Source: an uncultured Hyphomicrobiaceae bacterium
GTDB lineage: Bacteria; Pseudomonadota; Alphaproteobacteria; Rhizobiales; CAMYJA01
Reading direction: 5' to 3'
Assembly: GCA_947258705.1 (NCBI GenBank)
Contig: CAMYJA010000014.1
Location: forward strand, 272 to 64,271
DNA: 64,000 nucleotides
Shown in pieces: positions 28,398 to 36,864 of this stretch. Made by a program: the position numbers and the translations under genes. The stretch's first letter is position 1. Every line of letters begins with the position of its first letter. Below the pieces are notes generated by a model. It was not told the origin of the DNA, made no database searches, and saw only the letters and a program-made list of their open reading frames with translations.

Positions 28398-28595
28398 TCA
28401 GCTATCGCTGCGGGTGCTGATACCAAGGAGCGAGTAGATCGGGCACAGGCCGACCGTTGCCGTGAGCAGCGGCACCACGCCGATCCAGCCAAGATAATTG
28501 TAAGGCGTATCGATGGGCAGCAGGTCCAGCGCAAGAGCGACCAGGGCCGCGCCGAAGATGATACGGATAATCCGATCTGCCATTCCGATATTCAT
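28398..28595 (-). CDS. DUF2892 (YgaP C-terminal-like) small membrane protein
   Basis: MNIGMADRIIRIIFGAALVALAL...GVVPLLTATVGLCPIYSLLGIS matches the DUF2892 pattern. Start choice uncertain. Confidence 0.65.
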   Translation of the reverse strand: MNIGMADRIIRIIFGAALVALALDLLPIDTPYNYLGWIGVVPLLTATVGLCPIYSLLGISTRSDS

Positions 28596-28729
28596 GTCAT
28601 TTTCTCCCAAATATGATCCGATGTTTTCTGCCGGTTTGACACTGTCAAAATGACGTTATCATCATGCCTTCGCCATGTCCGTGCCCTGGCCATGCAAATA
28701 TTTCAAAAATAGTTTACCCGTAGGCCCGG

Positions 28730-29770
28730 CTAAAGATTACGGGCGCGGAAGGTATCGCATTTCTGAACGTCGCCCGTGTCATAGCCTTGCCGGAACCAGC
28801 GCACGCGCTGCTTTGACGTGCCATGAGTAAAGGCGTCGGGAACAACGCGTCCTTGCGTCTTTCGCTGAATGTGATCGTCGCCGATGGCGCCTGCCGCGTT
28901 GATCGCCTCCTCCACATCACCGGGCTCGAGAATATTTTTCTCCCGGTCCGCATGACGCGCCCAGACGCCGGCCAGGCAATCGGCCTGCAATTCCATCCTG
29001 ACCTGCAGGGCATTGCCGTCCTTCTTGGACATTCGCGTTTTCGCCTTCTGCACCTTTTCGGCGATGCCTAGCAGAGTCTGCACATGGTGTCCGACCTCAT
29101 GGGCGATGACATAGGCCTGCGCGAAATCGCCATGGACACCGAATTTTTGCTTGAGCTCCTGATAAAATGCCAGATCCACATAGACCTTTCTGTCGAGCGG
29201 ACAATAAAACGGCCCCATGGCCGCCATGCCGACGCCGCATCTTGTCTGGGTATAGCCCGTAAACAGTACCAGCTTGGGTTCGCTGTAATCGAGCCCGAGC
29301 CGAGCGAAAATGCGGTTCCAGACATCTTCGGTATATTGGAGCGTCACGGCCACGAATTTTTTCATCTCGTCGCTTGTGCTGGCGACCTCTCCGCGGCCGA
29401 GAGGCGATTGACCGGCACCGCCTGCGGGCGCCGCGCTACGGCCCTGACCGGGGACGGGAAAGCCTGGAATGTCAAGTCCAACACCACCGCCAGGTCCGGT
29501 CCGGGGAGACGTGGTTTCCTGCGGGAAGGGCATGTGCGGCGGTGCGCCACCCTGCATGATAACGCGCGGATCAAGTCCGCAGAACGTCACCAGGCCGATC
29601 AGAATGACGATCATGAGAATGCTCATGCCGCCTGAGCGGCCGCGCGGCATGGGTACGCGCATCCCGCGTCCGCCGCCGCCACGGGGAAAAGGAAACCGGA
29701 AGCCGCCACGGCCCCGCTGCCCTCGCCGATCCTCAACGTTGGAACTTTCCTTCTCGCCTTCATAACGCAT
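28730..29770 (-). CDS. YpfJ-family neutral zinc metallopeptidase
   Basis: Starts MRYEGEKESSNVEDRRG, then a Gly/Arg-rich segment, a TM helix and a HEVGHH zinc motif (AYVIAHEVGHHVQ). The track's N-terminal extension to 29872 was trimmed. Confidence 0.85.
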   Translation of the reverse strand: MRYEGEKESSNVEDRRGQRGRGGFRFPFPRGGGGRGMRVPMPRGRSGGMSILMIVILIGLVTFCGLDPRVIMQGGAPPHMPFPQETTSPRTGPGGGVGLDIPGFPVPGQGRSAAPAGGAGQSPLGRGEVASTSDEMKKFVAVTLQYTEDVWNRIFARLGLDYSEPKLVLFTGYTQTRCGVGMAAMGPFYCPLDRKVYVDLAFYQELKQKFGVHGDFAQAYVIAHEVGHHVQTLLGIAEKVQKAKTRMSKKDGNALQVRMELQADCLAGVWARHADREKNILEPGDVEEAINAAGAIGDDHIQRKTQGRVVPDAFTHGTSKQRVRWFRQGYDTGDVQKCDTFRARNL

Positions 29771-30232
29771 GGCACAACCTCGTAAAACGCCTCGTAAATC
29801 ACGCTGCCACCCCGGCAGGGGGGCGCCTGTTAACCTTGCCGCTGATTGTGCACGGCAGCACATTCGAGACAAGAAAAAATTTTAAGGCCAGCCACGGGGG
29901 TCTCCTTAAGGCGAGATTTGTAGGCTCATTGGCTGTAAAGAGGAGGTGTCTATTGGTTACGGATTTTCCGTATAACGGTGCAAATCGCCTTTTCCGCAAT
30001 TGCCAAAGACGAACAAGCGGAATTGGCGCCCCAGTGAACATCAGGCGATGCCCCATAGGAGATATTGGGCTTATCCTCTCTTTTTTTCTACGTTCGCCAC
30101 TTTCCTTTGATGTTCCTCCATTGGACAGGCTTGAAAGAAAGTGGCAGAATTTTCAACGCGGATTTTTTGCAAGTGAAAATCAGCGCATAACAATATGATG
30201 GCCAGCGCCATGCATGGCAGGAGAAAGATTCA

Positions 30233-30994
30233 ATGGTTCCGAATTTGATCCGCTTGACGATCGCAATCTTGCTCTCCGTGAGCATCCTTGCATCCCCGGC
30301 ATCCGCCGATGAAATCGCAGACCGCCATACCAATTGCTACGATGACGCGATGCTTGTATTCGATGCATCGGGTTCAATGGCCGGCAAGGGTTACAACGGC
30401 CTCTCGCCCCCAAGAATACTGGAGGCGCGCTATGCATTGCGGCGCTTATTGCCGCAGATTACGCCATACCGCCAGGTCGGATTGATTGTTTACGGCCCCG
30501 GCCCCAAGGATGCCTGCAGCAATATTGAGCTCCGTCTTCGGCCGACAATTAATTCCGCGTCCCGGATTATCGCTGAAGTCGACAAGCTTGTGCCAGACGG
30601 AAAGACCCCCCTGACACAGGCGGTCTTCATTGCCGCTGAAACCTTGCGCTATCGCGAACGGCCGGGCGTTGTGGTGCTTGTCACTGATGGCCACGAAACC
30701 TGCGGTGGCGCAACCTGTGCACTGGCTGCGAAACTTGCGGAACAAGGTTCAAAACTCACAGTTCATGTCATCGGATTCAAGGTGCGGTCCGTGTTCTTCG
30801 AGTTTCCGGAGCTTGAGTCCGAGGAGGCTGCAAACGAAGCGACCGGCGCGCGCTGCCTGTCTGAACTGACGGGTGGAAAATATGTTCACGCGGAAACGAC
30901 GGAAGGGTTGGTCAAGGCATTGCGTGAGACTATGGGATGCCCCATGCTGAGCGATGCCGGATTGAATGGCGAAGCTTTATCCCTGTTGCGATGA
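30233..30994 (+). CDS. secreted von Willebrand factor A domain protein
   Basis: Signal peptide and a MIDAS-like motif FDASGSMAG; 253 aa. Confidence 0.75.
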   Translation: MVPNLIRLTIAILLSVSILASPASADEIADRHTNCYDDAMLVFDASGSMAGKGYNGLSPPRILEARYALRRLLPQITPYRQVGLIVYGPGPKDACSNIELRLRPTINSASRIIAEVDKLVPDGKTPLTQAVFIAAETLRYRERPGVVVLVTDGHETCGGATCALAAKLAEQGSKLTVHVIGFKVRSVFFEFPELESEEAANEATGARCLSELTGGKYVHAETTEGLVKALRETMGCPMLSDAGLNGEALSLLR

Positions 30995-31240
30995 TACTTC
31001 TGAAAAAATGTGTGCGTTCGGAAAATCGGTTTCGGCACTGAGCAACCCGTTGTTTTTCGGCAGCTTCCGGAATATCCCGGTGATGGGTCGCAATAAAATT
31101 CCACCGCCGGAACATAGTTGGTTGCGGCTGAACTGTCAGAGCCGTTAGCATGGTCCCGCGGCAATGTTCATATAAAACCAAAAGCCAAGCCATCCTCTTC
31201 CTGTGGATTGAGTATCACGTGGCTCGCCGCAAAATATCGA

Positions 31241-31356
31241 CCTCATCCTGAGGGAGGCGACCTGACGTCTCGAAGGATGGAGCCGCTGCCCCCGACCTGT
31301 CCTTTGATTGCCCATGGTTCGAGACGCCGCATTAAATGCGCCTCCTCACCATGAGG
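31241..31356. repeat. palindromic intergenic repeat of the alphaproteobacterial CATCCTGAGG..TCGAAGGATG type
   Basis: CCTCATCCTGAGGGAGGCG..ACGTCTCGAAGGATGG, followed by GGTTCGAGACGCCGC..GCGCCTCCTCACCATGAGG. It yields the familiar spurious peptide HPEGG..TSRRME in ORF 31118..31354. Confidence 0.5.
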
Positions 31357-31551
31357 AATAATTGTCTGATCTTCGCTTCCCTACGCCGGACGGAGGCGGC
31401 TTGTCGACCGACCAGCCGGCTGACGCCTCCGTCCGGCCCTGGGGAAGACCTGACAAATTGATTTTCCTGCTTACCCACTGCCCGGCACTCGGCCGCCAGT
31501 TCGCTTTCTGCCGTAAGCTCCCCATGCCCAGCCGGTACCAGTTATGCCAGA

Positions 31552-32235
31552 TCATGCCAGGCCGGCCCGGTTGTCCGGCCGGCTTTTGGCGCTGATGACA
31601 TGGTTGGAGATACGACCTGTCCGGTCATGGTCGTCATGAAACACCATGCCCTCGACGCCCCGTACCCGGCGCGTGTGCTCGATCGCCTCCTCGGAGACAT
31701 CGATGAGTACACCGACCGCGATGCCCTCGCCATAATGCTCAGGTAAACCGAGCGGTCGCGCGCGCCAGCCGGCCTCAAGCATCTGGTTGAGCAGAAACGT
31801 GTCGATGACGCTGGTGATCTGCGTAATGCCGTTGTTCAGACAATATTCGAACATGCCGATCGATATGACCCCAGACAACCACCAGCGCGAATGCTTGTTG
31901 GATCCATGCGGGGCGACGTAAAATCGCGTGAGCTCCATGATGTGTTCACCGCATGGAACTTCGCCATTGGCTGCGAGATGAGGAAAGAGATCCGAAAAAA
32001 TATGCGGACCCGTCGTCGGCAGTAGCCTCAGGCCGGCCTTGACATTCTCGTCTTCATCGACAGCGAGCAGATAGACGGCCTCGTCATTGTCATATTGATC
32101 GATTTCGCAATCGTCATCGCTTTGCAGCCCCTGCCAGCGGCGGCGCTTGACGTAAATATCGTATCGCTGACGATACATCTGCTGAAAAATTTCGGGATAG
32201 AGGGGCTGGTCGCGTCGTGTGAACATTTCTATCAT
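31552..32235 (-). CDS. acyl-homoserine-lactone synthase (LuxI family)
   Basis: N-terminal pattern RYDIYVKRRRWQGL...EIDQYD...YLL..D....GLRLLPTTGP is typical of autoinducer synthases. It lies directly downstream of a LuxR-family gene. Confidence 0.85.
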   Translation of the reverse strand: MIEMFTRRDQPLYPEIFQQMYRQRYDIYVKRRRWQGLQSDDDCEIDQYDNDEAVYLLAVDEDENVKAGLRLLPTTGPHIFSDLFPHLAANGEVPCGEHIMELTRFYVAPHGSNKHSRWWLSGVISIGMFEYCLNNGITQITSVIDTFLLNQMLEAGWRARPLGLPEHYGEGIAVGVLIDVSEEAIEHTRRVRGVEGMVFHDDHDRTGRISNHVISAKSRPDNRAGLA

Positions 32236-32296
32236 AACTTTTCCTCCAATAGTCTTCGGAAGGAAAAGTGTTAATTTTCAATGTTAAGGTTAATAG

Positions 32297-32312
32297 CTAG
32301 GTAAGCACCTAG
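32297..32312. promoter_or_regulatory. candidate lux-box-like palindrome upstream of the AHL synthase gene
   Basis: CTAGGTAAGCACCTAG (6-bp perfect arms, 4-nt spacer), centred about 69 bp upstream of the luxI-type start codon in an AT-rich spacer. Confidence 0.35.
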
Positions 32313-32459
32313 TTAAACTCCACACGAATTTTCTATGACATGATAAGAATGTCGGGATTTGTCAGATGGAGGCGTTTAAATACATCTCTATGATAAATTT
32401 ATTTATCGACTTCGTTCTTATTGACGGTTTTATATTTAAAAATTACATTTTTTAAGTTT

Positions 32460-33215
32460 TTATACTGACAATTTGCCCTGGCGCATTGCCGCAACGACGG
32501 CCTGAATGCGCGTTGCCACACCGAATTTACGCTTCACGTTCTCGACGTGGTAATTCACCGTCTTGGAACTGATGTTCAAAATCCGGCCGATCTGCCAGTC
32601 CGATTTTCCGGCTGAAACCCAGCGCAGACATTCAATTTCCCGCGGCGTCAGCGAAACGCTGTCCTCATGGGCCATGCGGCCGAGGGTGAACAGCCGGTTA
32701 TGAACGTAAATCGATGACAGGGTTGCGGCGCCACGCGTCGCCTCGCACATGTCAACCGCCTTGCCGGCAAGGCTTACCAGCGCAACATTGCCTGAGGTTT
32801 CAAAGATGGGAACGACGAAACCGCTATCCATGTCAAAATCCTCTGCAAGGCTCATGACACTGTTTTCGACCGCATTCAGCCGTCTTGTTTGAAGGACGTC
32901 ACTCCAGGCGAAGGGAAGATAGCTCCGTCCCAGCTCACGGGCCATGGGATCGAGAAAATAATAATTTCTATTGTCATATTCGTTCGACCACTGGGTTGGC
33001 CGCGTGTTCATCAATACGCAATCACGCAGGTGCTCGCCCTTCTCGGGCAATTTTATGCAGGCGCTATTGGAAAATCCGAGGTTTTCGGTAAAGCTCTGAA
33101 ACGTTTCGCAGACGACATCCCTGTCCTTGATGCCCTCCAGCTTGTGGACGAAATCCAATGTGGATTGTTCGAGCGCATGATGTGTTGTGACCTTGTCGTC
33201 CTTACCAATATACAC
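32460..33215 (-). CDS. LuxR-family autoinducer-binding transcriptional regulator
   Basis: N-terminal autoinducer-binding-like domain and a C-terminal HTH (LTPREIECLRWVSAGKSDWQIGRILNISSKTVNYHVENVKRKFG). Confidence 0.9.
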   Translation of the reverse strand: MYIGKDDKVTTHHALEQSTLDFVHKLEGIKDRDVVCETFQSFTENLGFSNSACIKLPEKGEHLRDCVLMNTRPTQWSNEYDNRNYYFLDPMARELGRSYLPFAWSDVLQTRRLNAVENSVMSLAEDFDMDSGFVVPIFETSGNVALVSLAGKAVDMCEATRGAATLSSIYVHNRLFTLGRMAHEDSVSLTPREIECLRWVSAGKSDWQIGRILNISSKTVNYHVENVKRKFGVATRIQAVVAAMRQGKLSV

Positions 33216-33463
33216 TTTGACCCCCCATACCTGACCTACGCCGAACGTACATACCGCACTAATTAATTGTGCTCTAACTTATTATATATACATCATAGAA
33301 TTGCGTTAGGGTTTAAGTAAATGCGTTATTTGACGAATGTTTAGGCATTCTGACTTTTTGCCTTAACAGGTTTTAACCATGACAGCTTCCCGCGCCATGG
33401 GCTTTTCCGTCCCCAGAGCGGCTCATCCCCCACGGCAGGGCGCGGTCTTGATCATCGCCGGCA

Positions 33464-34132
33464 ATGCCTCTATTCATCCAGCCAATGAAAAAATTTCCCA
33501 AAAATCTGCTTGACGGTTATCGCGCCTTTCGAGCAGGAACCTATGCGAATGAGCGTGAGCTTTACGAAAAGCTGGCCGAGGAGGGGCAAGCACCTGAAAC
33601 GCTCGTCATCGCCTGTTCCGATTCACGCTCCGCGCCCGGCACGATTTTCAACGCACTGCCGGGGGAAATATTCGTCGTCCGGAATGTCGCAAATCTGGTG
33701 CCGCCCCATGAACCGAATGCCGATGATCACGCCACATCCGCGGCCATTGAATTCGCCGTGTGTTCAATCGGGGTGAAAAATATCGTGGTGCTCGGGCATT
33801 GCGGCTGCAGCGGCGTGAAGGCGGCGCTTGATCCGTCCATATTACCGGATGGCGGCGGCTTTACCGGCAAATGGATCGACATGCTGTCGCCGGTGGCGTC
33901 GGAGGTGGCCGCCGACCGGTCCTTGTCGCCGGCCGGACAGCAGGAAGCACTCGAGCGGAAATCCATCGCCAACTCTATCGTCAACATGCGCTCCTTTCCC
34001 TTCATTGCCGAACGCGAGGAACAAGGCCGGTTGAGCCTGCATGGTGCCTGGTTCGACGTCGGCAGCGGCGAATTATGGGTGATGGATTCCGGTAGCGGCG
34101 ATTTTTTCCGGCCGGATCCGACGCATGCCTAA
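33464..34132 (+). CDS. beta-class carbonic anhydrase
   Basis: Motifs ACSDSR, VVRNVANLV and VLGHCGCSG (Cys/His/Cys zinc ligands). An alternative start is at 33485. Confidence 0.9.
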   Translation: MPLFIQPMKKFPKNLLDGYRAFRAGTYANERELYEKLAEEGQAPETLVIACSDSRSAPGTIFNALPGEIFVVRNVANLVPPHEPNADDHATSAAIEFAVCSIGVKNIVVLGHCGCSGVKAALDPSILPDGGGFTGKWIDMLSPVASEVAADRSLSPAGQQEALERKSIANSIVNMRSFPFIAEREEQGRLSLHGAWFDVGSGELWVMDSGSGDFFRPDPTHA

Positions 34133-34593
34133 CCTGGCGCAGACCGGGCTGGCCATGCCATGCATGCTGCACCGGACGATTGAAGTGGCGCACCCCTCTT
34201 GCATGGGTTGTCTTCTCTTGCCCTGCGTCAGTCCCTGACTGCCAGCGCCCCCTCCCTTCCGCCACGTCATCATGACGAGAGGATTGGTCTATGGCGCGGT
34301 TGTTTCAATTCACTCAGTTGTTAACCAGGTTGAAACAGGCTTGAGACCGGATCGATTTCAGACGCAAACCTGCTTTTACTTATGCTCTTTTCATTAATTA
34401 CATGATTACGTAATATCTGTTTTGTAATATTTCATATTAATACGTGCAGTTGATAATATTATGTAAAGCCGTCACAAGATTGCCTTGCCATGGCCGCGAA
34501 TATGCCCAGCTTCGCTGGCTTTTTTGTTTCAGCGGCGCGCAACACCCGGTTGGATGTTTAAGACGCGTCCGAAACACAATGGAGAGGGTAACA

Positions 34594-34845
34594 ATGACTA
34601 GAAAGATACTTACAGCAGCAAGCCTTATGTTCGTTCTCGCAATGCCTGCTTATGCGGATAATTGCTCGGACGGCATCAAGGCCATGCAGGAAGCTGCAGC
34701 CGGGGCAAATGTGAAACCCGAGCTTCGCGCACAGGTCGGCGCACTCCTTGAGGATGCTGTCCAGGCCCAGAAAAAAGGCGACGGCAAATCCTGCAATACC
34801 AAGCTTGCACAAGTACAGACGCTTCTTGGTAACGCAAAAAACTAG
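34594..34845 (+). CDS. small secreted protein (83 aa), unknown function
   Basis: ATG 34594 is preceded by GGAGAGGG. Signal peptide ends MPAYA. The mature part is helical-looking with two Cys. Confidence 0.55.
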   Translation: MTRKILTAASLMFVLAMPAYADNCSDGIKAMQEAAAGANVKPELRAQVGALLEDAVQAQKKGDGKSCNTKLAQVQTLLGNAKN

Positions 34846-34861
34846 TCACTTCTCAGCTTGA

Positions 34862-34890
34862 TGGGAAGAAGTAAGCAGCCCGCTTCTTCC
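34862..34890 (+). terminator. stem-loop downstream of small secreted protein gene
   Basis: GGGAAGAAG-N11-CTTCTTCCC, a perfect 9-bp stem. No T-run follows, so the terminator role is uncertain. Confidence 0.35.
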
Positions 34891-35256
34891 CTCGAAACGG
34901 TGCGGTTTCCCCGCTTTCGTGCCGTTTCTTCAGAGGGGACCGTCACCGGAATTCTTCCGGTGGCGGTTCTTTTTTTGCGCCATGAATTCTTATTGGGAGG
35001 TTCAGCCCGGAATCCGCCATTATGTAAAATGGCAACATGAAACATTTTTGCGTTCCAGGGCCGTTAAAATCTCCTTGCCATAATCCACCTACTCTATCAA
35101 CATGTTGATTCTGTTGTGATATTCGCGGGGGCGGATTTCGAAACCGGAATATTCCATGAATATGTTGGCACTTTTCTTGCCAAGTATTTTTTGCTCATGT
35201 TCTGCTCGTGATAGTTGTGACCATTTCACCGGACATCGAGTGAGGCAATCGAATTT

Positions 35257-35613
35257 GTGTCGTTGAAGATTATGAAGGCTGCTGTAATGCGAAAAACTAT
35301 TCTACGGATCGTTGTCATTATTTTTATTGTCGGTCCTGCGGGTGTCGTGTTTACCGAACCCGCCGAAGCCAAGCGCTACAGGTATTATTGCCAGGGCGAT
35401 CATTTGCACTTTGGATCGAGCAGCGGCCATCGGAGCCGCAAGGCTGCACTGAGAGCCGCGATCAGCGACTGGGCTGGATTCACGGCATTCGAATATGGCG
35501 ATCATTACGCCAATTGGCGTATAGCCAAAAACAAGCGCGTTGGGTGCAACCGGGACAGATTCAGCAGGCAATGGAAATGTTCCCTCCAGGCTACGCCGTG
35601 CCGACGCGGCTAG
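35257..35613 (+). CDS. small secreted protein, unknown function
   Basis: Hydrophobic signal (ILRIVVIIFIVGPAGVVFTEPAEA) and Cys-containing mature part (YYCQGDHLHFG...CNRD...WKCSLQATPC). The track start is GTG; ATGs at 35272 and 35287 are alternatives. Confidence 0.55.
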   Translation: MSLKIMKAAVMRKTILRIVVIIFIVGPAGVVFTEPAEAKRYRYYCQGDHLHFGSSSGHRSRKAALRAAISDWAGFTAFEYGDHYANWRIAKNKRVGCNRDRFSRQWKCSLQATPCRRG

Positions 35614-35730
35614 TGCTTGTAAACTGTCGCTATTTTATCACGCCGTTAAATAACAAGTAGATTTGACCTGTCCGCTTTGGCGGAAAAGGATTATGCTTAC
35701 TACAGCTTGTTTTTGTGTAAGAGGTCAGTG

Positions 35731-36060
35731 ATGAAACGCGTAACGCTCATGGTCGCCTGTTTGGCACTCGGATTTTTCATGTTCTCAGCTCAGGACGTAT
35801 CGGCTGACGGCAAGCAGAACGGAGCTACGCTATCTGAGCATCCGAATTCGCGCTATTATCGCGGAACCGGCCCACAGGTCCGTGGTTTCAGAAAACGTGT
35901 CGGCGGATATAGCTACAGCCATAATGATTCAATCATCAGCTATCAGGATGATTCCGTTTATCGCGATCCTGAAATCGAGCGTCAAAGCATGCCGTTCGAT
36001 TCCGGCTTCTTCTTCGATTCCGCCATCATGCCGCATAACAGCTCGCCCTACCTCAATTAA
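35731..36060 (+). CDS. small secreted protein, unknown function
   Basis: ATG 35731 follows GAGG. Signal peptide MKRVTLMVACLALGFFMFSAQDVSA. Contains the blocks GGYSYSHNDS and PFDSGFFFDS. Confidence 0.55.
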   Translation: MKRVTLMVACLALGFFMFSAQDVSADGKQNGATLSEHPNSRYYRGTGPQVRGFRKRVGGYSYSHNDSIISYQDDSVYRDPEIERQSMPFDSGFFFDSAIMPHNSSPYLN

Positions 36061-36290
36061 CCGATCTCTTTAGAGATGCGAACATTGTGAGATCGATCAT
36101 CGCTAGGTGCGTGATTTGTCTTGCCCGTTGCCGTGAGCGCGCGCCTCACCGGCACAACATGTTCGATCGCAGGTTGCTTTCCGGTTATTAAAAGTTGTGA
36201 AAAGTGATGCGATTATGGCTAGCCACGCAATACAGTGATCTGCAATAGTCACCTCGATCAAGCTTAGAATAATTAAGTTGGAGATTTCTG

Positions 36291-36797
36291 ATGGGGACTT
36301 TCACACGCGCAATAGTCTTTGGGCTGACCGTGATCGCGGTCAATCTGACGCTAATGCCAAAAGCTGATGCCAAATGCACACGCCTGGCATTCAGCGTCAA
36401 CGACTATGGCAAGGATGGTCCCACGGCGGACGCGAAAAAGCTGCTCGATAAATATATCGCGAAATGGACAAGCGAGCGGTCCATTACGGGCTATCGGGTT
36501 GGGAAAAAATCCGTGAGCTGCAAGCTGTTTCTCGATTTTATCGTGTTTGACGAATATACATGCCGTGCCGAAGCCTCGGTCTGCTGGGGTGACGCCAAGG
36601 CTTCACCGGAACTTCGCCCGGCGCAATCGGCCGCACCAGAAGCGCCTGCCAGCGCGAAACCGCAAACCGCACAGGTAAAAGCTCCCCCGGTTCCGCTGAA
36701 CACCGAAAAACCGGAGGAGACCGCACCCGCAGCGCCATCAACCGGCCAAGCCGTCAATTCCGACGCGGACTACAATCGGGTCTATGAAGCGCAATAA
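36291..36797 (+). CDS. secreted protein with Pro/Ala-rich C-terminal tail, unknown function
   Basis: Signal peptide (IVFGLTVIAVNLTLMPKADA), a Cys-containing globular part and a PAQSAAPEAPASAKPQTAQVKAPP tail. Confidence 0.55.
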   Translation: MGTFTRAIVFGLTVIAVNLTLMPKADAKCTRLAFSVNDYGKDGPTADAKKLLDKYIAKWTSERSITGYRVGKKSVSCKLFLDFIVFDEYTCRAEASVCWGDAKASPELRPAQSAAPEAPASAKPQTAQVKAPPVPLNTEKPEETAPAAPSTGQAVNSDADYNRVYEAQ

Positions 36798-36864
36798 CTG
36801 GAAAGGCATTGCCCAGGTGGATTGATACCCTCCGTCAGGACGGCTTTTCGATCACGGAGCATCC

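Noticed and set aside
28730-29872. N-terminal extensions offered by the ORF track for this and other genes (24047, 34444, 35677, 50497, 53488, 55158, 57302, 63157).
   Set aside because: The extensions lack family-typical sequence or overlap upstream genes. Internal ATGs with Shine-Dalgarno-like sequences give the N-termini or signal peptides expected for the families.
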